Below are positions 10,289-18,748 of a DNA stretch of 64,000 nucleotides, in pieces. The stretch lies in the NCBI GenBank assembly GCA_037129925.1, contig JBAXTZ010000002.1, positions 19,273 to 83,272 on the forward strand, read 5' to 3'. Numbering within the stretch: position 1 is the stretch's first letter; each line of letters starts with the position of its first letter. The notes under the pieces were generated by a model. It was not told where the DNA came from. It worked only from the letters and a program-made list of their open reading frames with translations, and did no database searches. Source of the DNA: Bacillota bacterium. Lineage in GTDB: Bacteria; Bacillota; Negativicutes; JBAXTZ01. The position numbers were made by a program, and so were the translations under genes.

Positions 10289-10320
10289 GCAGCGTGCGGC
10301 ATTGGGCCGGGCGCTGTTTT
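10289..10320 (+). terminator. Possible terminator/attenuator hairpin before hlyB
   Basis: gcagcg-tg-cggc-attgg-gccg-gg-cgctgt followed by a short T run. Confidence 0.4.
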
Positions 10321-10384
10321 GCGTAATGAGTGTGGTCGTTGGCGGAGTTTTTCGTTTAAATCGCAAGAAGAACAGGGGAGAGAA

Positions 10385-12514
10385 ATGAACCAACAACCAC
10401 AACCAATCGACAGCGGTCTCGCTGCATTAATCTTAGTTGCCGGATATCACGGTATCGCCGTCGATGCCGGCAAGATCATCCACGAACAGGCGGCGCTGGG
10501 TGAGCGGTTTGATAACCGCAAATTATTGCTCGCGGCGAAGAAAACCGGCTTCAAGGCTAAAACTACTTCGGCGCGTTATGAAAAACTGCCGCAACTGACT
10601 GCGCCGTATATTGCCGAATATAACGGCGAATATATTGTCATCCTCAAAGCCGAAACGGATACCATTGTCTATTTCCGACCCGGATTAACCCAGCCGCTGA
10701 CCATCCCCCGCGACGAATTCGTCCTGCACTGGAACGGCAGATTGATATTGCTCAAACCAATGCTGAAAAACACCGCCGATAAATTCGGTTTCGGCTGGTT
10801 CATCCGCCAGATTATGGAATACAAACGCCATCTGATCGAAGTTATGCTTGCGATGCTGTTCATACAGCTTATGGGGTTGGTGACACCGATCATCACTCAG
10901 GTGGTAATCGATAAGGTGCTGACCCATAACGGGCTGACTACGCTGAATGCATTGATGTTCGGGTTGCTGATCCTAGTCGTCGGTGAAAGCTTCCTCGGTT
11001 CAGCGAAAACCTATCTGTTCGTACATACCGCGAGCAGAATTGATGCGGTACTCGGCGCCAATTTATTCAAACGGCTGATGTCCTTACCGTTAAGATACTT
11101 TGAAATTCGCCGTGCCGGAGATACGGTAGCCAGAGTAAGAGAAATTGAAAACATCCGCCAGTTTCTGACCGGTACGCCGTTATCCACTTTACTTGATGTT
11201 TGTTTCATTTTTGTCTATGTTGCGGTAATGTTTTTCTATAGCGGCGCCTTAACTTGGATGGTTTTAGGCTCATTGCCGCTGTTTGCAATTCTCTCGGGAC
11301 TGGTGACGCCGTTATACAAATCCCGGCTCGAAGAAAAGTTCAACCGCGGCGCTGATAACCAGTCCTATCTGGTTGAAGCGGTAAACGGCATCCAGACAAT
11401 CAAGTCCTTCGCGCTCGAACCGCAGATTCAAAAACGCTGGGACAGTTGTCTTGCCGCCTATATCAAAGCCGGATTCAAGACCGCCAATCTCGCGGGGATT
11501 GCCGGCAGCATCGGCCAAGCCATCCAGAAAACTGCTGACATCGCGGTACTGTGGTATGGCGCAATGCTGGTAATCGACGGCAAACTGACCGTCGGGCAGT
11601 TAATCGCCTTCCGAATGTTATCCTCGCACGTCAGCGGTCCGGTATTAAGATTAGTGCAACTATGGCAGGAATTCCAGCAGGCCGGAGTCTCCTTGAGCCG
11701 CATCGGCGATATCTTCGAAGTCAAACCGGAAAACAACCTTGTCAGCGCACAAACGGCAATGCCAAGTGTTAAAGGCGCGATAACTTTTGACAAAGTGCGG
11801 TTTCGCTACCGCTTCGACGGCCCGGAAATCATCCGCAGCATGAGCTTTGAAATCCAACCCGGCGAAGTCGTCGGCTTTGTCGGCAGGAGCGGTAGCGGAA
11901 AAAGCACCGTCGCCAAGTTAATCCAGCGATTGTACGCGCCCGAATCGGGGCGGATACTGGTCGACGGCGCCGATATCGCCGCAACCGATACCAGTTGGTT
12001 AAGACGCAACATCGGTGTAGTGCTGCAGGAAAACTTTTTATTCAACGGCTCAGTCAGAGACAACATCGCCATTCATAACCCGGCGGCCAGTATCGAACAG
12101 GTAATGGAAGTTGCCAACCTCGCCGGAGCGCATGAATTTATTCTGGAAATGCCTGAAGCCTACGATACCCAGGTCGGCGAAAAAGGCACGGCACTCTCCG
12201 GTGGGCAACGGCAAAGAATTGCGATAGCCAGAGCGCTGCTTAACAACCCCAAAGTATTGATACTCGATGAAGCCACCTCGGCGCTTGATTACGAATCCGA
12301 ACGGATTATTCAGGAAAACCTGAAAAACATCTGCAAAGGAAGAACTGTGATAATCATCGCCCACCGGTTATCGACCTTGAAAGACGCCACCAAGATCATC
12401 ACCGTTGAAAAAGGCGAAATTGCTGAGTCCGGCACCCCGGAAGAATTGTATAACGCCAAAGGAATCTTCTGGCACCTGGCAAGCCAGCAGCGGGGTAGTT
12501 ATGAGATTGTTTAA
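10385..12514 (+). CDS. hlyB: Type I secretion ABC transporter (HlyB family, C39-like domain)
   Basis: N-terminal DSGLAAL C39-like domain without catalytic Cys; TM domain; GRSGSGKST, LSGGQRQR, ILDEATSALD; GGGGAG RBS before ATG 10385. Confidence 0.93.
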   Translation: MNQQPQPIDSGLAALILVAGYHGIAVDAGKIIHEQAALGERFDNRKLLLAAKKTGFKAKTTSARYEKLPQLTAPYIAEYNGEYIVILKAETDTIVYFRPGLTQPLTIPRDEFVLHWNGRLILLKPMLKNTADKFGFGWFIRQIMEYKRHLIEVMLAMLFIQLMGLVTPIITQVVIDKVLTHNGLTTLNALMFGLLILVVGESFLGSAKTYLFVHTASRIDAVLGANLFKRLMSLPLRYFEIRRAGDTVARVREIENIRQFLTGTPLSTLLDVCFIFVYVAVMFFYSGALTWMVLGSLPLFAILSGLVTPLYKSRLEEKFNRGADNQSYLVEAVNGIQTIKSFALEPQIQKRWDSCLAAYIKAGFKTANLAGIAGSIGQAIQKTADIAVLWYGAMLVIDGKLTVGQLIAFRMLSSHVSGPVLRLVQLWQEFQQAGVSLSRIGDIFEVKPENNLVSAQTAMPSVKGAITFDKVRFRYRFDGPEIIRSMSFEIQPGEVVGFVGRSGSGKSTVAKLIQRLYAPESGRILVDGADIAATDTSWLRRNIGVVLQENFLFNGSVRDNIAIHNPAASIEQVMEVANLAGAHEFILEMPEAYDTQVGEKGTALSGGQRQRIAIARALLNNPKVLILDEATSALDYESERIIQENLKNICKGRTVIIIAHRLSTLKDATKIITVEKGEIAESGTPEELYNAKGIFWHLASQQRGSYEIV

Positions 12515-12515
12515 G

Positions 12516-12613
12516 ACGCTGCGGCTAATATTTAGTACGCTATGCTAGTATTTAGAACGCTGCGCTAGGACGCGCTTCGCTATATTATAGCGAAGCGTTA
12601 TAGCACGTAGTGC
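12516..12613. repeat. Degenerate ~20-bp tandem repeats plus a perfect 12-bp inverted repeat between hlyB and hlyD
   Basis: acgctgcggctaatatttagt / acgctatgctagtatttaga / acgctgcgctagg; cgcttcgctata-t-tatagcgaagcg at 12573-12597. Confidence 0.7.
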
Positions 12614-12660
12614 GCTATTATCTTCTGTATACCACCAGCAATACTTAACGAGGTAAGCAA

Positions 12661-13986
12661 ATGAGTTTTTTTACAAAATATCTAAAAATCAGCAGCAAAG
12701 ACATCGAACACGAGTTTCTCCCCGATGCGCTGGAAATCAAAGAAAGCCCGCCGTCACCGGCGGGACGGATAATCATCTGGGGAATCTGCATAATTCTGAC
12801 AATAACCCTGATTTGGTCCTGCATCGCGAAAATCGACGAAATCGCCGTAGCCCGTGGTAAACTCATTCCCGACGGCAAGATCAAAGTCATCCAGTCCGAA
12901 TATGAAGGCGTGATTGTAGCCATCAACGTCGTCGAAGGTCAAAAAGTCAAAGCCGGACAAACCTTGCTCGAACTCGATCCGCTGACTGCTAAGACCGAAT
13001 ACGAAAAAGTCCATGATTCACTGCAAATCGCCAAAGCCGAGAAGCAACAATTGCAGAATGAACTAAGCGGCAAACCGAACGCCGCGAATGGATTGCCGGA
13101 AGAATTGCGAAGTTTGTATGCTAATCTCAGGCAAGCCCGCGAATTGCAATATCAGACCAAGCGCGAAACCTACGCCCATAATATGGAAGATGCCAAAAAC
13201 GGACAGCAAAGCGCCGAGTGGTCGCTGAAAGATTCGAAGCGCCATTATGAAATAATTCTGGTCGAAGAAGCCGACCTCAGATACCTCGTCAAAGAAGGCG
13301 GATTATCCAGAGAAAACTACAACCGCAAAGAACGGGAACTGTTCAGCGCCGAGAATGATCTGGAAACCAAACGCGAAGCGGTGGAACAGCAACACGAAAA
13401 ATATCTCGGCGCGGCAAAAAGCTATGAACTGGTGGAATATGAACGCCAAGCCGAATTGCTGAATGCCACTGCCGAGAAAGAAAAACAAATTATCGAATTA
13501 ACGTCTCAATTTATCAAAGCCAAAAAAGCGCTGGAAATGACCAAGATGACATCGCCGGTGGATGGCGAAGTACACGGACTGGCAGCAACGACCATCGGCG
13601 GTGTGGTTAAACCGGCGGAAGTGCTGATGACCATTGTGCCGGAGAATACCCCGCTGATTATCGAAGCGACCGCAGATAACAAGGACATCGGCTTTATTGA
13701 CGTAAACTACCCGGTGGAAATAAAGTTCGATACCTATCCGTTCCAGCGTTACGGCGTGGTTAAAGGCAAAGTAACCTTCGTCAGCCCGGATGCTATCGAA
13801 GATGAAAAACTCGGGCCGGTGTACAAAATCAAGGTGGCGCTGGATTTGAAGACGATACCCAGAACGATAGAAATCTACCCCGGTATGGCAGGAACAGTAG
13901 AAATCAAGACCAACGAAAAGCGGGTAATCGACTTCTTCCTCGATCCGCTGATCAAGTATGCGGATGAGAGTTTGGGGTTAAGGTAG
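12661..13986 (+). CDS. hlyD: Type I secretion membrane fusion protein (HlyD family)
   Basis: EFLPDALEI..PPSP, single TM, lipoyl-like halves, coiled coil, PFQRYG, PGM...EIKT. Confidence 0.93.
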   Translation: MSFFTKYLKISSKDIEHEFLPDALEIKESPPSPAGRIIIWGICIILTITLIWSCIAKIDEIAVARGKLIPDGKIKVIQSEYEGVIVAINVVEGQKVKAGQTLLELDPLTAKTEYEKVHDSLQIAKAEKQQLQNELSGKPNAANGLPEELRSLYANLRQARELQYQTKRETYAHNMEDAKNGQQSAEWSLKDSKRHYEIILVEEADLRYLVKEGGLSRENYNRKERELFSAENDLETKREAVEQQHEKYLGAAKSYELVEYERQAELLNATAEKEKQIIELTSQFIKAKKALEMTKMTSPVDGEVHGLAATTIGGVVKPAEVLMTIVPENTPLIIEATADNKDIGFIDVNYPVEIKFDTYPFQRYGVVKGKVTFVSPDAIEDEKLGPVYKIKVALDLKTIPRTIEIYPGMAGTVEIKTNEKRVIDFFLDPLIKYADESLGLR

Positions 13987-14036
13987 GCGCCAGCGGGCCA
14001 AAATGCAAAACGCAAATAAAATATCGGAGAGAGAAA

Positions 14037-15209
14037 ATGAAAACACTAACAACAAGACTATTGATCGTGGCAATTCTACTCTGCAGCATAGTTTGTGCAG
14101 CGGCACAACCACAGTATGATTTTGCGCAAAACAACAACATGTCGGAATATTACGCCACACAGTACGACAACAGCGGAACCGCCTGGTTACGGGGCGTGGA
14201 GTTAAATGGCATGTTTGACAAAAACAGCCAGAATTACGGAGTAACAGTAATACAACCGTTTTTGGACACAAAAAACGGGTTAACGCATGTGCCATTCTGG
14301 CAGGCAAGTTATACGCGCACAGCCGGTGCAAACTTAAATAGCGCGTTAGATACGGTTAATATCGGTATCGGCTACCGTTTCGTTTCTGCAGTGCGCAGCA
14401 ACATGTACGGCGTGAATTTATTTTACGATAATTGCCTGGACTATTTGCCGGTTGCCGGATTAAATCAGGTTTCGCTGCAACGAATCGGCGCCGGACTGGA
14501 ATATTTTGTCGGGCCGGTCGAAGCGCGTATGAACGGATACTTAGGTTTAGGAAATAACACCCAGACCGCAAGCAACGGCGATATTGTCTCAACCAAAGTA
14601 GTCAACGGATTGGATGGCGCTATCAATACCGATTTTTCTTTCTGGAACGCACCCTGGTTGAAAATAGGTGTGAGCGGATTTTCGAATAATGCTTCAACAA
14701 CTGGTATCACAAACGGATGCAGCGCCACCGCCGCGCTGCAATTAATGCCGCAGTTGAAAGTTGCCGTTGCACAGGATTTTATTAATAACAACACTATTGC
14801 TACAGCGACGATAAACCTGCTGGCGCTGCCGCAACCGGCGTTATTGTTTGCAGATGAATATATAAATGCCAACGCCGAAAAAGATGCCGGATACAAAACA
14901 CTGCTGGCGGTGCAGCGAAACAACAACGTGACTGCTGACGTGAACGTAACCAGGCAAGCTGTTGTTTACCAAGGCTCGCTGGACATAACGGTGACTGATT
15001 CGGCAACCGGGTTGCCGCTTGCGGGCGTGATGGTTGTGTTTAACTCAACCTTGCAAAATACCGGCGCGGACGGTAAGGCAAGCTTCAGCAATATAGCTTA
15101 CGGAAATTATGACTATGTGATAGTCAAATCCGGATACCTATCCCAAAGCAGCAGCTGTACAATCGATTCACCGGCGAAGGTGTTGCCGGTAGCGTTGGTG
15201 GTGCAGTGA
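14037..15209 (+). CDS. Inverse autotransporter (intimin/invasin-like) beta-domain protein with one short Ig-like passenger
   Basis: Signal peptide; NIGIGYR..MYGVNLFYD..QRIGAGLEY..RMNGY barrel pattern; VQRNNNV linker; C-terminal VTDSATGLPLAGV..TGADG..GNYDYVIVKSGY domain. Confidence 0.7.
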   Translation: MKTLTTRLLIVAILLCSIVCAAAQPQYDFAQNNNMSEYYATQYDNSGTAWLRGVELNGMFDKNSQNYGVTVIQPFLDTKNGLTHVPFWQASYTRTAGANLNSALDTVNIGIGYRFVSAVRSNMYGVNLFYDNCLDYLPVAGLNQVSLQRIGAGLEYFVGPVEARMNGYLGLGNNTQTASNGDIVSTKVVNGLDGAINTDFSFWNAPWLKIGVSGFSNNASTTGITNGCSATAALQLMPQLKVAVAQDFINNNTIATATINLLALPQPALLFADEYINANAEKDAGYKTLLAVQRNNNVTADVNVTRQAVVYQGSLDITVTDSATGLPLAGVMVVFNSTLQNTGADGKASFSNIAYGNYDYVIVKSGYLSQSSSCTIDSPAKVLPVALVVQ

Positions 15210-15223
15210 GACAAGTAGTAAAC

Positions 15224-15303
15224 GGGTTTAGGCGCAGGTTGTTCTGCTTCTAAACGCGAGAATTGGGAAAAATGAAATGAAGGGTGGTGGTGTTTTTGAG
15301 GGT
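15224..15303 (+). repeat. 80-bp cassette-leading element, copy 1
   Basis: 72/80 identical (manual count) to 18064-18143; contains hairpin GTTTAG-gc-GCAG-loop-CTGC-tt-CTAAAC. Confidence 0.92.
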
Positions 15304-15347
15304 ACAGACTATTAGTATAAGACAAAGTTTTTCGAGGAGGAATTCTG

Positions 15348-16475
15348 ATGACTAAAACAAAGATGTTGCGTTTTACGGCACTGTGGTTACTGATGCTATT
15401 TGTCTTTGCTTTCCAGATACAAGAGAGTAACTGTGAATTAAGCGGTAATGCTTTCGCCAGCTCTATATCTACCGGCGGGTCCAGTCAGGGATTGAATGAT
15501 GATAGTTTGTTTAATTACACGTTTGAAGCAGGTAAGAATAAACTAAAGTCAGGTGATTATGCAGGGGCTATCAATGACTTTACTGCCGCAATAAATTGTG
15601 GTGATGAAAATCAAGATTTGGCTATTGTTTTCTTGAACAGAGGTGCGGCTTATGCGCACTTAGGCAATAATTCAGCTGCTGTTGATGATTATAACAGCAT
15701 GTTGAAATTGCGCCCAAATTCGCCTGAAGCCTACACCAACAGAGGGCTTGCATATCATGAACTTGGCAAAAATGATCTCGCCATCAGCGATTTAAACGAA
15801 GCGGTACGATTAGCTCCGGGTCAATATACAGTGTACACGAACAGAGGTGTTACTTTTGGAGAGATGGGTGAATATGAAAAGGCGATTGATGATTTTAATT
15901 GCGCAATAAAACTCAAAGGTAATTACTATTATAAAGCTTATTGGGGTAGGGCTTTGGCGTACATTGGTAGTGGCAAATATGATTTAGCCTTGTCGGATTT
16001 GAACTTAATTATTGACAATAATTTCAACGATTTCGATGCTAGGTTTCTGCGTGGAGGAGTATATGTAATTAAAGGTGATTATAATCGTGGCATAAGCGCT
16101 CTGTCCGGAGTGGTCAAATATAGCAAAGATAATAAACCGGCGCTGTTTCTTAGGGGAATGACTTATATCGTAGTCGGAAATTACGATAGCGCCGTCGATG
16201 ATTTTGCTGAACTTGTTAGCCAGCATACGATAATTGGCGATGCCCCAATTAATTCCTGTCTAAAACCGATCTTTGATTGGTGTATGCCAAAGGTTTTGAA
16301 TGAACAATTCGAAAAAAACAACTCAAATGCGGAAATTATTTTCATTAGAGGGTTGGTTGAAAACATGCGCGACGAAAAGGAGAAGAGTCTGGCAGATTTG
16401 AATAACGCGGTAAAAATGAAACCTTCACTGGCGAAAAAATTGCCCTGGTGGATAAGACACGAATTGACGAACTGA
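15348..16475 (+). CDS. Exported tetratricopeptide-repeat protein (cassette 1 partner gene)
   Basis: N-terminal basic/hydrophobic signal; repeated AYxNRGxAY...AIxDxxxAIxL TPR units; GAGGAGG RBS. Confidence 0.88.
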   Translation: MTKTKMLRFTALWLLMLFVFAFQIQESNCELSGNAFASSISTGGSSQGLNDDSLFNYTFEAGKNKLKSGDYAGAINDFTAAINCGDENQDLAIVFLNRGAAYAHLGNNSAAVDDYNSMLKLRPNSPEAYTNRGLAYHELGKNDLAISDLNEAVRLAPGQYTVYTNRGVTFGEMGEYEKAIDDFNCAIKLKGNYYYKAYWGRALAYIGSGKYDLALSDLNLIIDNNFNDFDARFLRGGVYVIKGDYNRGISALSGVVKYSKDNKPALFLRGMTYIVVGNYDSAVDDFAELVSQHTIIGDAPINSCLKPIFDWCMPKVLNEQFEKNNSNAEIIFIRGLVENMRDEKEKSLADLNNAVKMKPSLAKKLPWWIRHELTN

Positions 16476-16497
16476 TTTTTTTGGAGGAGTTGAAAAA

Positions 16498-18093
16498 ATG
16501 ACTATTACGAGCGGTGGAAAAATTTACTCAGTAAGACCAATTGATGGAGCTATTGACACAAAAAGAACATTTGACTTTGCTATGGATGGCAATAATTGCA
16601 TACCGTATTATACGGACGAAATGCAGGATATTACACAGTTTCTTAAGGACGCTGGAATTTATAAAGGCGACGTGTTGCCCGAAGCGAAATTTACAATACT
16701 TGAGGGAGAAAATAGTTGGTTCACTGTCGGCAAAGGTGAGTATTATAACGCCGGTGTTGTGATACATGGCGAAACGGACAAGTTCAGTATTGACGCTGGG
16801 ATAGGCGTGAAGGGTGAACTGGTCACGGAATGGTTTGTTGTTCCAAAAGAGCTAAAAATTCAGGGAGTTGGAGGAGAACTCAAGATTTCCTTTCAAACTC
16901 CAATGGATATTTTGGATATCACTAATGCAATTGATTTGTCGAAATTTACACTTGTCGACACAATTTTGAAGATGGGCAATAAATATTGGAATCAAGCGAA
17001 GGAAATTGTTGACAGCTATTTCCCAAATGAAAACCCGCCACAAGTCACCAACCAATTCGAATTCCACGTTGACCCGCTTGCCGGAATCAAAAAAACTGAC
17101 GTAACTGACCCGAATTATTGGAACGGCAGTTTGCTCAATGGCGGCGGATATAACGGCACGGCTAATTTTGAAGTCAATAAAGATATTTTTGACGCAAATG
17201 GCAAGCTGAGCAACTATGTAAATAATCTGATGGCGGGAAATATTACCGGAGGTATTCGTCCAGGCAACGTTAATCCATCCGAAAATTTCTTCGGAATAAA
17301 TTACGAAATATCCGGGAATATAAACTCTTCCAGTCAGCAAGGCAAAAATATTTCGTATGTTGACCCGTTGATATTGGATTTGAACGGCGACGGTGTTCAC
17401 ATGAGCGATTTTGGCTCGAATCCCGTATTCTTCGACGCTGACAACGACGGCAGTCTGGAGCAAACCGGCTGGGTTTCAGCGCAAGATGGCATTGTCGTCA
17501 AAGACTTAAACAATAATGGTATCATCGACAACATCTCCGAGACAATGTCGGAATACTTTGGCGGGACAGCCGGTGTTGACGGTGGCACGAAGCCGTTTAA
17601 GGATGGTTTTGCGGCGTTGGCGTCTTTAGACAGCAACAAGGACGGAAAATTCGACAGCGCTGACGCTGACTGGGGTAAAGTCAAAGTCTGGGTTGACGCC
17701 AACCACGACGGCAAGACCGATGCGGGTGAGCTGAAATCGTTTGAAGAATTGAACATCAAACAGATAAATCTTGCTAATCAGGCGCAGTCCGGGGAAGTCC
17801 GCGACGGTAACGAAGTGCTGGCGCGCGGGACGTATCTGACGACTGACGGTAAGTTACAGGAAGCGTTAGCGGCTAATTTTCTGGCTAATCCGAACGGCCA
17901 TAAGTTCACCCAGAGCGGAACCGGAACGATTGTTGATACGCAGGGAAGCGGAACAATAGCGGCGGTCAAGGCTTATGTTGCCGGAGATGGCGGCGAGACG
18001 GTGGGCGTTGCGGTGAAGAAAGTCAACAACGCCACTGGCGGCGCGGTTATGACTATGGTTTTTGGGTTTAGGCGCAGGTTGGACTGCTTCTAA
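16498..18093 (+). CDS. Truncated RTX-protein cassette: unique 182-aa head plus conserved linker and self-processing module; no RTX tail or secretion signal
   Basis: GGAGG RBS; residues 183-~516 align without gaps to residues 341-~674 of the 2881-aa protein; ORF runs into the 80-bp element and stops there. Confidence 0.85.
   Translation: MTITSGGKIYSVRPIDGAIDTKRTFDFAMDGNNCIPYYTDEMQDITQFLKDAGIYKGDVLPEAKFTILEGENSWFTVGKGEYYNAGVVIHGETDKFSIDAGIGVKGELVTEWFVVPKELKIQGVGGELKISFQTPMDILDITNAIDLSKFTLVDTILKMGNKYWNQAKEIVDSYFPNENPPQVTNQFEFHVDPLAGIKKTDVTDPNYWNGSLLNGGGYNGTANFEVNKDIFDANGKLSNYVNNLMAGNITGGIRPGNVNPSENFFGINYEISGNINSSSQQGKNISYVDPLILDLNGDGVHMSDFGSNPVFFDADNDGSLEQTGWVSAQDGIVVKDLNNNGIIDNISETMSEYFGGTAGVDGGTKPFKDGFAALASLDSNKDGKFDSADADWGKVKVWVDANHDGKTDAGELKSFEELNIKQINLANQAQSGEVRDGNEVLARGTYLTTDGKLQEALAANFLANPNGHKFTQSGTGTIVDTQGSGTIAAVKAYVAGDGGETVGVAVKKVNNATGGAVMTMVFGFRRRLDCF
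17043..18046 (+). repeat. ~1.0-kb direct repeat, copy 1
   Basis: Colinear with 19760-20763 at a constant 2717-bp offset; about 22 amino-acid differences in ~334 codons (manual count). Confidence 0.95.
17362..17907 (+). other. FrpC-type self-processing module (SPM), copy 1; predicted cleavage D289-P290
   Basis: YVDPLILDLNGDG..FD.DNDG...TGWVSAQDG..V.DLNNNGIIDN..GFAAL..LDSN.D..VWVDAN.DG....EL..FEEL.I mirrors the Neisseria FrpC SPM. Confidence 0.85.
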
Positions 18094-18143
18094 ACGCGAG
18101 AATCGAGAATAATGAAATGAAAGGCGGTGGGGTTTTTGAGGGT
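18064..18143 (+). repeat. 80-bp cassette-leading element, copy 2
   Basis: 72/80 identical to 15224-15303; hairpin stem unchanged, loop changed. Confidence 0.92.
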
Positions 18144-18169
18144 GAAGAAAGTGGCAAAGCTATTGAAAA

Positions 18170-18748
18170 ATGGAGGTGAAGTTGAAAGCAATTAATATGG
18201 TCAAACAATGTTTGTCAGTAATTAAAATTAAGTATTTTGTACTTGGAATGTCTCTTTGTTTCATAGCGGGAACGTATTTGGAATTTGATTATAGCAAATA
18301 TGAGATTATCAGAAAATTCGTGGCGATATCAGCACGAATTATCCCCTTTATTTATTGTGTAGGGGAAATATCTAAAGCGCCGCTCAATCAATTGTTTGCA
18401 TCAATTATTAATATCGGTTGTCTATTTATTGCGTTGCTTACGTTTGCAAGAGCTCTGATTAATTTCGATTCAATTTATGAAAAGACATTGTCATATAACT
18501 TCAAGAAGAAAATTATCTACATGATTGGCGCGTTGATTCTCGGAACACTTATCTATACAATTTTGTTCTCTAAATCGGTTTTACTCACTCGTGATTGGAG
18601 GACGGATTATATGATTAATACGACTTTGGGCATGATACTTTATGGCGGCGCACTTTTTTATGGTGGATGGATCATTTTTTTCGACATAGCACAGAACGTG
18701 ATTATTTATACGGTTTACACAATAAGAAGATGGAGGAATAATGGCTGA
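18170..18748 (+). CDS. Hypothetical ~4-TM membrane protein (cassette 2 partner; candidate immunity protein); start may be TTG 18182
   Basis: Four hydrophobic segments, AT-rich; stop overlaps the start of the RTX gene. Confidence 0.75.
   Translation: MEVKLKAINMVKQCLSVIKIKYFVLGMSLCFIAGTYLEFDYSKYEIIRKFVAISARIIPFIYCVGEISKAPLNQLFASIINIGCLFIALLTFARALINFDSIYEKTLSYNFKKKIIYMIGALILGTLIYTILFSKSVLLTRDWRTDYMINTTLGMILYGGALFYGGWIIFFDIAQNVIIYTVYTIRRWRNNG

Noticed and set aside
10385-10800. HlyB N-terminal domain as an active C39 bacteriocin-processing peptidase
   Set aside because: The catalytic Cys is absent (DSGLAAL), as in the HlyB C39-like domain; no double-glycine precursor is seen.
15224-18143. 80-bp elements as integron attC sites or CRISPR repeats
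   Set aside because: The ends do not fit RYYYAAC...GTTRRRY, there is no integrase or cas gene, and there are only two copies 2.8 kb apart.
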